45,586 nt of DNA, taken from NCBI GenBank assembly GCA_002633005.1, contig NMRA01000910.1, positions 21,103 to 66,688 of the forward strand. The letters are read 5' to 3'. Under the pieces are notes generated by a model. It searched no databases. It was not told where the DNA came from and worked only from the letters and a program-made list of their open reading frames with translations. This stretch comes from Phoronis australis (taxonomy: Eukaryota; Animalia; Phoronida). This document shows, in pieces, positions 1-12,200 of this stretch (its first letter is position 1; each line of letters opens with the position of its first letter). The position numbers were made by a program, and so were the translations under genes.

Positions 1-459
1 AAACCAAGTGGCGGGAAACGCTTGCCTCCTAAAACGTCACTTCCGGAGTAGCGGACGAGTAATTTATAAAATTACGAAAAGCTGTAATTAAGTGGAAAAT
101 ATGTCTAGGATAACCAACCAACCTTATTTTAGCTCAAAATGAAATGGAAAAAGGTTGCCTTCGCCTTTAAGTCACTGAACGGGAAAACGCTGTCATGCAG
201 TGAAAATGGAAGGCAGCAGCAGGCCAGTGGGCGTGTGTGATAACTCGGATTTCTAGTCTCTTATTATGAAAACTATTGAAGGCAATTATCAGCACTTGCA
301 AACAAGAATTTTGAAGTATGAAGAATTTCAACAGGAATTAGCTGTAGTCTTAGTCGTGAAGCTGACGACATTCCAGCCACGGCTATTGGTCCGTTGAAGC
401 AAGTGCATGTACACGAATTTTGAAGAATGGCAAAGAAACGTTTTGTGTTGACAGAACTG

Positions 460-1125
460 ACCTTGGGGAGGAAATGAGGCATTTGGTAATGAACAACTAT
501 TGTGGATTAATTTGGGTTAACACCTAGCAAAACTAACTTCCAAGTATGCAATACTGTGGCGGAATTAAGAAATATAATTATGACAGTGCTAACTGTAGCT
601 GTGTGCGATTTTTGCCGAAATATCTAACGTTTGGCTTACAGCAGGCCCGGGATATGCGTGAGAGCCACAAAGTGTGCTAAAATGGTAGAAAATTAGGCGT
701 AACATTTCTATAGGAGATAAACGGTTGATTACCACAGAAGGCCGATGTCTTAAATGCCCAGAAAAATTAGGAAGGCAAGGTGACTTGCCAAGAAAACGGC
801 AGTCGGGGCACTCTAAAGGAAAGTACTTCAATTATCCGGTGCAACTTCTCTCACTCGACGGTGTTGTGTTACGACACCGCAACCTCCCAAAAAAAACGAA
901 ACGCGGAGGGTGAGATATTACAGAGTACAACTAGCAATGATTTGACAGTTGAGCTTGAGAAAACCCAGTGTTGAGCTATCCTTTATTAAAGACGTTAAAT
1001 TTTCCGTTGAGAATCTGACTGAAGTCATAGATGAATGCGACGGGAAGGATATCGAAGAGTACACGGAGAGAAAGGAAGCTTTAAAGATTGCTTTCTTTGA
1101 AGACCAGGAGCGAAACCGTGAGTAA
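460..1125 (+). pseudogene. Possible decayed Myb/SANT-like (trihelix-type) ORF of a PIF/Harbinger-like element
   Basis: Fragments across several frames (KCAKMVEN...RKAR*LAKKT...SG...KYFNY..QLL, then an acidic/coiled end ERKEALKIAFFEDQERNRE*) with many stops and frameshifts; pattern recognition only. Confidence 0.25.
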
Positions 1126-3159
1126 TAAATTAATGAAAAATGCATGGTATAGACACAATTAGAAGCTTTCAAACNGAAGCTTTAAAGATTGCTTTCTTTG
1201 AAGACCAGGAGCGAAACCGTGAGTAATAAATTAATGAAAAATGCATGGTATTGACACAATTAGAAGCTTTCAAACTATTGCGTTTGTGTGCTGTCCATAT
1301 TAATATTTATTCTTGGATACAGGTTCCCACCTCAAAATGAATTTCCCACGGTCGTTCTTTATGCCGATAGCAAATTTTTCGTCAACTGGATTAGAACAGG
1401 AATCACAAATCTCTCGCGCGCTCAGTCTATGATTCTCACACTTCAAACTTTTGTCAACACGATAGCTGGCCTCAGAAAGTTCGATGTTGACCTAGTTCTA
1501 AACTTCTCTGCAACCTACTGTAAGGGGATGAAAACAATTCAAAGTCCGCCCCTTGAAATAGGGCTTGCTTAGCTGGAATTTAGAACTGCGGTCATGGGAG
1601 TGTTTTCACCTCCTGATTGCGAAGCGATCGAGTTAGCTGGTATCTTCATCAGCGCGTGATCTCAGCGGGAGGTCACCGCTTTATCCACTCAAGCGCTCGA
1701 CAACAACTAAACTTACGAGAGTCTCAGAACTCCCACATGCAAATTTGATATGCAAATGAGGGAGTACTTGACTACTGCGCCATCTATACATCGACGGAAA
1801 AGCTTAAATACCCGTGACTGCGTGTGGGAAATTGCGATTGCGTGCGCTGAAGTCGATATTTTCAAAGTACAATTACACCACTGTTNAAGGTTGCAAAGTG
1901 AGTTTTTTTGATATCCTTCTATAGAAAAAGCTTTAATCTCTCTGATGAAATCATCTGTTTCCTTTTAAATGAAACTAAAGTCCTAAAATTTGTCCGGGGA
2001 AGGAGGCCAAAAACGGCGGTTTAGCTAGTTGTCCCTTCCTGGTTATCTCTTCCTGATCCCAGGTATATTTTTGGAACTTGAAAAAATAAGATACGCAAAC
2101 TGGGTATATATTCTGCTGGACTTAATACAGAAATCAACGGTGGATCTTCTTAAACCTGTAAACCGTGAAAATTTCATTGAGACAGTTTTGTTCTACTAAC
2201 ATGTTCAACTTACTAACATTCCGTTCATGCAAGTCGGCCAGCACGTTCGCGTTGAAGGCGTTATTGCAACAGCAAGTGTTGTTTTGATTTTTGTTTGGTG
2301 TTTCCATATTTTATTTTGTTATGTATTCCCCTCTTCAGATAGTTACTGTTGTTCTTCAACACCATTTCTGTGCTTATAATGAGACTTCAGTAAACTCGCG
2401 ACACTGTTAACTCTTTAAATTTTAGCAGAAGTGTGCGAGTGTGACGTCCATCAGTAGAGACCTGTAGGAAGAACTATCGGAACCATTGTTCGTAACTGGC
2501 AGTAGCGAATATATGACGCAATTAAATGAAAACAGTCGACATAGATTAATTGTATTTGAAGTATATATTGAGGAAGAAGTGGAAAATTAAGTATGTAACG
2601 ATAGTAGACCGATTCTTGAATTGCCTGGTTTACGTCCTTCATGAGTTCAAGCTGTCCCAATGCTTTCGTTTTTCTTTTCAGGTCGTCACTTCATCAAATA
2701 CGCAACCAGACACTAATTTCAAACACCAGGCTTTATTTTAATATTGGAATAGAACACAACAGTACAACACAGAAAATAATAGGCCCGTGACTAAAAACCG
2801 GGCCACTGTTGCCGTGACGCCGGTACATCGTCATCATCAGTGAAGGAACACATTGCAGTCCACTGCATGGGTGACTTTTTTCACTCAATTTCCCCGGTAT
2901 TAACCAGTATAATCATGACCTGAACACGGATGCTTTTTCTCGATCTTTTTCGAACTCTCTTTTCACCGTAGCCTTCCGGTTCTGTAATGATTTCAAACCC
3001 CTTAGGGCAACCTCTTCATCTCAAGTTCTCGCTTAATCTCAAGATAACGCACGTGACCTTGGAATTCCAAGTTCACGCAACACTCACTTCCGCTTAATCT
3101 TGAGATTAAGCAACATTTCAAGTTCGCGTACAGCAGTTGCTAAAACGTCAGACAGAGAA

Positions 3160-3211
3160 ATGGATCGTATTTTGATGGTGCCGTTGATTCTGGTTATCTT
3201 ATCGATATCAT
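3160..3211 (+). CDS. Membrane-protein gene exon 1 (signal peptide MDRILMVPLILVILSIS)
   Basis: ATG in gaaATGG context, basic residue followed by a hydrophobic core, donor t|gtaagc (phase 1). Confidence 0.6.
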
Positions 3212-6200
3212 GTAAGCATTTTCATTCCTGTTTGACTCCCCTTTACAATATTACTCGGCGTTTACTTTCACCCTACCTAGTAACTGGTTGGATGTAGCGA
3301 TTCCTGATTTAGACTAGAAAAAACCAGTTTCCGGACTCTATTTATTATTCAGTGGTTTCCCAGTGACCACCGTCTCCAGTTGAACTACAGACGATGAAGC
3401 TCCTGTAGGCACTTCAATTACGCCGAAAGATTTTCGACGAATTATGCCTCACATTGATTACAAAATCAAAGTCACGTTGTTATAAATACCTTTTGCGCAT
3501 ATGATAATGATAGAGGGACAACTTAGGAGGCCATTGGCATTGGCATTGATCATGTCTTTTATTCCTTCCAACTTGAACAAATATTCACATGGCATTATCA
3601 AACCTTTTCTTTTAACAGTCCTTTGTTCAGTTTCCAAAAATCGGAAACTGGCTATTTTTAACACTTTGTGTGGCAGGTGGTATGATAACATGATGTCTAG
3701 CCAGTAGCCAGCCATGAAGACTATCGTCAGCTAGGCTGGGTACCACTACTTGTGTAGCCAGCTAGCTGACTGTATGAAGACTATCGTCAAAATACAGCTA
3801 GGCTGGGTACCACTACTTGTGTAGCCAGCTAGCTGACTGTATGAAGACTATCGTCATAATACAGCTAGGCTGGGTACCACTACTTGTGTAGCCAGCTAGC
3901 TGACTGTATGAAGACTATCATCAAAATACAGCTAGGCTGGGTACCACTACTTGTGTAGCCAGCTAGCTGACTGTATGAAGACTATCGTCAAAATACAGCT
4001 AGGCTGGGTACCACTACTTGTGTAGCCAGCTAGCTGACTGTATGAAGACTATTGTCAACATACAACTAGGTACCACAGTGTTTTTCTTCCGTAGACCCCG
4101 AAATTGCACACAGCCAGGATAGTTCTGCTCATCACCTCTCTGTGAAACCTGTGTCAACATGCAGAGCCAAAGACTGGACAATGGTGTGCATGAAAAATCT
4201 GGGAATCAAACAACACTCCTCTTTCCCGTTACAGCCGTTTACATGGAAACCAATCTAATAAAAGTCATTTTCTTGCGTAATCCTCTGCCTTTTCTAACAA
4301 AGAAAAGTTATGTCGCCGTTTTGAAAACAATACGTTCTTGACACCCGCACGTGCCATTTCCTAAATTTTTGCGACATCTCTCGAGAGATGTTGATAGCTT
4401 GACAGTAGCAAAATTTCTTCTGAAGTTCAGTTTGCTGGTATCAAAATTCTAAAAACTTATAATGAAGTAAAACCAGTTCCGATAATTTGTTGTGACGTGT
4501 ACGCAACCTCGTGAAAGAACAATTAACAGTTAATTGAAGAATCGGCAAAAAAGAAACTGGCCAATAGGTGACGCAATATTTCATGGCACCGAAAGTGGAC
4601 GCAGAAGATCGCTCCACAACTTTAACTGCAGAATAACGGTGGAACAGCAATTTTTCCAAAACCAGAATTTTATTTACTCAAATAAGTGTGTTATATTTTA
4701 TTTGGTCAGTTTTTTACCCACATCGGCCCAAAGCTACATTTAGTATACAGCTTTGTACCAAGGCTACACTGTGTGTTGAGCTCCGAAAGACCTTGAAATT
4801 GCACACAGCTTGGGTAGTTATGCTCGTCGCATTAAAACTTGTATCAACAGGTAGAGCTAAAGACCAGTGTGGGTTCATGCAAAATCTGGGAATCAAATGA
4901 CGCTCACCTTGCCCTTAACAGCCGTGAAAAACAACCTAATTCTCTGCCTTTTGTTACGAAGAAAAGTATGTCGTCATTTTAAAAACAGTACTCTCGTTAC
5001 ACGTGCATATGCCATTTCCCAAATTGTTGCGACATCTCTCAGGAGATGACAGCTTCGCTGCAGCAAAATTTGTTCTGAAATTCAGCTTGCTGGTATCAAA
5101 ATTATTTAAATCTTATTATGAAGTGAAACCTTTTCCGATAACTTGTTGTGACGTTAACACAATCTCGTGAAAGAACAACAGTTAATTCAAGAATCGGCGA
5201 AAAAAGAAACTGGCCTATAGGTGACGAAATATTTCATGGCGTCAAAAGTCGACGCAAAAGATCACACCACAATTTTAGCAGCAAAATAATGGTAGAACGC
5301 CAATTTCTCTAACACCTGCCGGTGAATAATTTGGGTTATTTAAGGAAGAGTGCAGTTTTCAATGACACTAATTTTGTGTCAGGTTTTATCTGGTCAGTTT
5401 TTTACCCACATCAGCGCAATTAGGCTTTATATTTTGTGGTATATATAAGACATCATATCCCCTGGTGTGCGCTGTGTAAAAATGGCCAGTTTCCGAATTT
5501 GGGAACTGAACGAAATACTGCTCTAAGAAAAAGTTTGATAGCGGGAGTATCTGACAGCTTCCTAAGGTGGCCTCTATGCGCAAAAGTTACTTAAAACAAC
5601 ATGAATTTAATGTTTCAATCAGTGTGGGACATAATTCGCCGAATAGCTTCCGGCATATGAATCTCCTATAGGAGCTTCACTGTCTCTATCGGCCAGCTAG
5701 AGAAAGTAGTCACTGTCTAGTCGGACTGAAGATCAGTTGAATTGCATACTAAGTAAATGATGCCCGTGAGTCACTTGTAGAATTGTACACAGTCAGTTTT
5801 TAAAATGTTGTCCTAACAAGCTTTTGGAAACAATTAATGAGATTTTTATATAATACAGTTATTATGTTGAATTCAAGTCACTGAGTGCAATGAAAATTTT
5901 TAGCGCAACTGTGTTCATTCTAGCAATTAAAACGTTCAAAATGTGTTGATTTTGTAGAAAATTTTCTTCTCTTTATGAAAATACTCATCACACCTCTATT
6001 GATGTTGGCGAATGCGAATATTACTTATTTTTCCACAATTCTCATGTTGTCGATTGTGTTGAAAGTGGATAAAAGGTGTTATTGGCATATGTTTATGATA
6101 GGTTTTCAGGGCTAATTAGCTTAGGTGTTTACTGTACATGTTTAGTTTAAAGTTATTAATTGTTGCCTCTTGACATATGTTTAGCTTGGGTGTTTACTGT

Positions 6201-9200
6201 ACATGTTCAGTTTAAAGTTATTAATTGCTACCTGTTGACATATATTTACAAATCATCCCAGCCCTAGCTAATCTTCCCCATTGGTTAGTTTTATATTTGG
6301 CGCACATTCTGATTGGTCGAATAGGTTCACTTGCATGTTATATGTTATATCCTTATACTATCTCACCAGTAGCTTTTAAATACATCATACCGAACAGAAG
6401 TTCTTTACTCTTCGAACCACCTCGGGTTTTATTCATACACAATATAACCCACAGGTGTCAAATGTGGGTCAAATGAAAAAATATACTCCAAAATGCACCA
6501 GAATTGGCTAAAAACTACCGCAATCAAAGCATAGTAAACAAAAAGACAGGTGGACTGTATTGTGGTTGAAAATTGTCAAAAAATGGGGGTCTTAGTGATC
6601 ACGTAAAGTTCTTTATTAGCAGGTAAGTCATGTTGATGACCAAGCACTGTGTTCAATTACTTTGCAATAAATTCTTTTTTTTAATGTTTATTACGAAATC
6701 TTCAGAATACAATGAATATACATAACCCAGAAAGCGCCAAGAGGCATTAGATCTGGGTAAAAATATACAAAGAAGTCTATATACAATGATTATATGCGAA
6801 TACATAAATAAAAAAACCGATGTTAAGAATACAAGGATATATGACAACAAATGAAAATAATTCATTTTCATACAGATGTATAAAATTCTATCCACTCACA
6901 CAAAGAGATTTAATGTTATAAAGAAATTCTGTTACTATTTCAAATAAAACCTTATTTTCGTTTGAGTTAAGTTCTTGACATCCATACAGAAAGAAATTAA
7001 TTTTGTTGTACAGTTGCGGAATTTCAGAATATTTTTTATAAACATTGGGGTATTGTTGCAATAAATTCTTCATTTATTCAAAAAAGGTCAAGTGTAGTGA
7101 CCTGCTTTCGACATGATTCGAATTTAACATAATGACTGTATTAGACCCTCTGATTGGTGTGTTTGATTTATAATGCCTCTATACAAAACAAAGGCTCCAT
7201 TCGTAACCCTGATAAGTATGTACTGGGACACAACCCTCCTTAGTTGTTTGGGTAAACTTTTCTTAGATGGGGCGCAGTTTTAATGACAAAATAGCTGTTC
7301 CTCTCAAGCTGAGAAAATATTTCTAGTTTGAGTAAGCATAGGTATGGAGCAAGATGAGACCACTTTTATAATAGTACGTGGCCCGACTTTACAATTTACC
7401 TAACAACTTGATTTTTGCACTTCATCTTGTACACTATTCAACGATCTGACTGGTTATGTCATCACTGCCTTGTTATCCAAATAAGTTGATATTTGCTATT
7501 CATCAGACAAACTTTTTAACGATCTGATTGGTCATGTCATCACTGCCTTCTTATCCAAATATGTTGATATTTGCTATTCACCAGACAAACTTTTTAACGA
7601 TCTGATTGGTCATGTCATCACTGCCTTGTTATCCAAATAAGTTGATATTTGCTATTCACCAGACAAACTTTTTAACGATCTGATTGGTCATGTCATCACT
7701 GCCTTGTTATCCAAATAAGTTGATATTTGCTATTCACCAGACAAACTTTTTAACGATCAGATTGGTCATGTCATCACTGCCTTGTTATCCAAATAAGTTG
7801 ATATTTGCTATTCACCAGACAAACTTTTTAACGATCAGATTGGTCATGTCATCACTGCCTTGTTATCCAAATAAGTTGATATTTGCTATTCACCAGACAA
7901 ANTGCCCATTTGTGGGTTATGTAGAGCCAACATATGCTGATCTCGTTCGTATTTCTGCCTGAGGATGTGAGCCCATGCGCGGGGTCTTGGATGTGAGGGG
8001 TAAATTGGTCATCACCGAGCACGCAAAGCATTCCTAATTTTCCGTTAAAATTGGCAGATGTAATCCTACTGAGAAGAGCACAACTGACAGATTGTCAGAC
8101 AGGTCCAACTTCTGTGGTGACCCTAGTGACAACTTTTTGTATCTACGGTTGTATCTAGTAAGCTCCTTGCAAGATACAATTTGGCAAGTGTATGTCTATT
8201 AACTTGGCAACAGATGGCGATCTGACTACGCTTATGCGTCCTAATGGCGGTTTTACGCTTCCCTCTCTATCTTTGGAGTTCTTGGTTTATTCTCACTGAA
8301 GTTGGCTAGTAGAGAGACGACGCCACCTTCCTCTTCCGAATGGGATTGACAGATTCTACGCCATTTTTATAACACTGAGAAACACCCGTAGAAGCACACC
8401 GTTTGTGCATTTCGATGTTCTTCGTTGCTCTTCTTTATTCTGGGGAGGCTAATGAGCTCACACAGTTTCTGCTAGCAGGTTAAAATAGACACCAATGCTT
8501 ACTAGGTTCCAAATACTGAACAGGGCATCCTAGCTAGGGTGCATAAATTTGAGTCACGGTGGCCACTTGGACACCCTGGACACCCTCTCTGATACAGACC
8601 TGCTGTGAATGTAGTGTCAGCCAAATAAGAAAATCTGCATATAAATTCTGACTACTAGTACTTGTTGAGTGAAAAGCAAAATTTTGGTTACTTTGCCAAC
8701 TTGCCAGGAAAAGGGTAAAATCACATTTGGCTGGCCATGAACGACCTGGATAAACACAAGTGAAATAAAATCTGGTTGGAATTAGTGTCGTAAAAACTTC
8801 CTTGAGTAAACTAGATTTGTCAACCGTGCAAAAAATTCTGTTGTTCTGTTACTAAATTTGTGGAGGCTCGTAGACGTCGACTTTGAGTGCTATGTAACAG
8901 AGCTTCGCCTTTCTATTGTGTTGTGAGTTTTCTCCTGAGACATGAGCTGGGGATTGGGTAACTAACTGTATTATAATACGATGAATGTTTTCAGTCAGCC
9001 AGTTTGGTCATAGTATAAGAATCAATTATCTTAAGTCCAGTAATAGATTTATTGATTATAACTGTATTATAAGCTAGACAGCTTGACTGCTATCTGTGAA
9101 ATAATTTGTCATACTTCCGTTTGAATGAGTGGGACTAGTTTTGCTCATCATTTGTATGACTATAAATTTCATAGTTTAAAACTTGCCTCTGGTACATAAT

Positions 9201-12200
9201 TTAATTTGTGGTAGCCAGTCTGGTTTGAAAAAGTCAGAGCTCAAATGCTAGATGTACATCTGTCAGCAACTACATCCACTGGGTTATGCTAGTAATGAAT
9301 GTCCAAAGTTATGGAGATTAACTTTTTGAATTTCATAAGGAAAGTTCTGTAGAATGCCTAGAGTTGGTTGCACTTTTCAAGTCATTGGACCAAGAAGTTT
9401 TTGAAGACTACTATTTCTAGATTGTAGCACCTGTCTCAAAGTGGATTTGCTTAACAAACTAGTACTTAAATATTTTCTAGGTCAAGGTCACGGCCTGACG
9501 GGACAAACTCGGGAGAGGTAGGTTTCTAAAGTTTCCTAGTGATAATAAAACTGCACACTCTGGCCACTTTGGATAAAAAAAGGGTTCCTAGTCCTTTGGA
9601 CCCATCCCCTGGATCCACCTATGCTACGTAATAAATGCACCATTTCTGCTGAAGTCGTGTTTTACACTTGTGTCGAGCAGCATCTTAAGGTCAGCACATC
9701 ATTGCGTGTATATCTACTGCACTTTCGCTTTACCTTCTCTGTTATCATGATGTGCAGATATTTTGCAAGATTTTGTGAACTCGCAATATGGATAAGTGTA
9801 ATTTATTTTAATTAATTTGTCAAGTATAGCAAATATTTAGAAATTTTTGTCCTAACACTACCTTAGTTGGCTCTTTAACTATCACAAAAAGCAGAGAGCG
9901 AAACGTGGATTACAGTAATCGTAGGCGGATCCAGAGGAGATCAAGGGGATCCGGAACCCCCCTTTTTCCCTTGATTTTAATGATATCAAATCTAGAATTT
10001 TCAAATTGTTGACTTGGATCCCCCCTTTTAAAAAATCTTTGATCCGCCCCTGGTAATTCATAGACAGGGTTTGAGGAACAGAAAATTACAACGTTGGTAA
10101 TAATTTTTCTCGCTAAAACTTGGTTTAAAGACTTCTGAGTTTTGCTTTGTTATGGTAATTTAGAACACAATGTGGAGTTTTACTTTTTTACTTTTCCATA
10201 AAAGGTAAGTTTGTCAAAATGTGGCTGAAATGGTTTAACCATAGCTACGATCAGACAATATTTTGTGGGCATTCACAACAATGGTCGAAACATTTGAAGA
10301 ATGAAAACAATCAATTTTGGCAATTATTTTTGTCTGAATTCTGTGAGGTTTTACTGTAGTAACATGCTTCTATACAGACCCAATGTAACTCTTGTGTCCT
10401 CCCGTTTGATCCATTTTAACATGTATAATCTCCCCTGTTGATATTTGGCAGGTACAGAATGACTGAGAAAGAGGCAGAGAAAGCTAGGATGGTTGTCCGT
10501 TCTTTGAAGGAACCTGGTATTCGTCATCGCCGTGGTAACTGTGTCATGTTTTGTTATCTAGCCTAATGGCACAAAACACCAGGAATGAGATATTAACTCT
10601 TGCACCTGGGTAGCATTCCGTAGATGCAACAACCTCACAAAAGACATCGTCATGCATTGCCACTGAAACACACTATAGCTGTACTTGCAACATTCTTTGG
10701 TCTATTGAATACAGCTCTTACTCCTTGGTTTAATCTTTTTACTTGAAATCGAACTCAAAAAATTATTTTTGACATTCCTTCTTTTATTTGAAGTGAAGAT
10801 ATTATATGTCATTCTGTGCTAGAGTGTGTTGTGAGTTATAAAAACCAATGTGCAGACCAAATTCACTCTTGATGACCAATAGATTCAAGCTACAACCTTA
10901 CAGTTAAAACCAAAATTTCAAGTAAAAACTCCAGATTTTAAGTTCACTTTTTAACTTTTAGCTTTAAAGTGGTTAAAATGACCAATTTTATATTAAAAAC
11001 ACCAAAAAACCAACCCCACCGGTCTACCAGCTGTCAAATTAGAACACCCGCAAACACTACCTGACGATATGTTTATTAGTTGATCTCGAGTTACGAGCAT
11101 TTATTGGTCGAAACGTACTACGTAAGTTCGAAACAACCAATCACAATAATTCTCCATTGTGTTAAGTGTGAAAAGTTGTCGGATATTGGTGCTCTTTTTC
11201 CTGGGATTTATGGTATAAGGAATGGCGAGGAGTTGCATTTGTGGTGGTTGCGTCAAATTAGTATTTGATGATGCGGTTGCTCTTTTTACTTTCCCATGGG
11301 ACATCAGAGAAGCACAGATTTGGCACAAGTTTGTGCAAGAAATTCACGTGTTGGTGGACATGACACTTCCACTGGTTACTTTCATACGTCACACCCATGT
11401 CTGTGGAGCTAAGAAACTTTCAACTGAAGTCGCTTTTCTTCTGTCTTCTCATTATTGGGATACTGAATTCACAATTGTGATATACAGGGCTATAGAGAAA
11501 GGTTTGATGATGCTAACAATGTAGTCTGTTGTCAAAACGAGATAAATGGTGGTTCTAAGTACTTTAATGCTGAAGCCAACTAGTGCATGGTAGGAGTACA
11601 CAGTCATCAATAAAAACTGTTATACATTCAAGCATAAAATATTGGACACTTATCTCAAGTCTGCACTAAAGTAGAATGGAAAATGTTATATTGCTTTCTG
11701 TAAATATATTTGCTGAACTAAACTGGGCTACTTATTGACTTTAGTTCTACTTAATTATGTTTTGGAGCATCCAAAACCTAGTAGTTTCTTGAATTAGTAT
11801 AGAAAAAGTTCAACTCCAAAGTTGTTAGTGGAAAGTTGTCGAATTCATAATAGATTTTTGACATCGAACGTTTTTCATGCATGGGTTTTGTGCCTTTTGT
11901 TTGCATTTCATTCATGGCAAAAAACCACACCGATTCACTAGTTTTTCCCGTTGTCAGTCTTACCAGCAATAACTGTGTCTGTGAAGGTAGCATGCCATGA
12001 CATCTAGAATGTATGTATTTTGATTCGTTAACGCTAAAGCAAATTAACAATTCTTACTTTGCCCGTCTATTCCAAATACCTCAGTGGTGNCAACAAGAGT
12101 AATATGTTGTTTCAGACTGGACAACCAGCTACTATGATTGGGGATCAGCGACTACACCCTCATGGTGGTCCAGCTGGTCTTTCACTACGAAGTATCCCTT

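Larger units (their letters stand above)
3388..5686. mobile_element. ~2.3-kb region bounded by ~300-bp imperfect inverted repeats (non-autonomous DNA transposon-like), containing a minisatellite and an internal duplication
   Basis: 3388-3700 is the reverse complement of ~5430-5686 (tgaagctcctgtagg / cctataggagcttca; ttcagtttccaaaaatcggaaactggc / gccagtttccgaatttgggaactgaa); TA lies on both outer sides. Confidence 0.55.

Noticed and set aside
1076-1275. ~100-bp direct duplication
   Set aside because: The copies are nearly identical and separated by a single n (1175), typical of an unmerged contig overlap or haplotype artefact
1737-1757. Two octamer motifs (ATGCAAAT)
   Set aside because: They lie in repeat-like sequence with no recognisable snRNA gene or promoter nearby
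3715-4075. Regularly spaced repeats resembling a CRISPR array (also 7440-7901, 22706-22850, 27707-27892)
   Set aside because: Units are head-to-tail with no unique spacers, there are no cas genes, and the context is eukaryotic introns; these are minisatellites
7684-7962. Repeat-protein ORF (and 22698-22889, MASSNDDVLN repeats)
   Set aside because: Translations of minisatellites whose unit length is a multiple of 3; no splice or homology support
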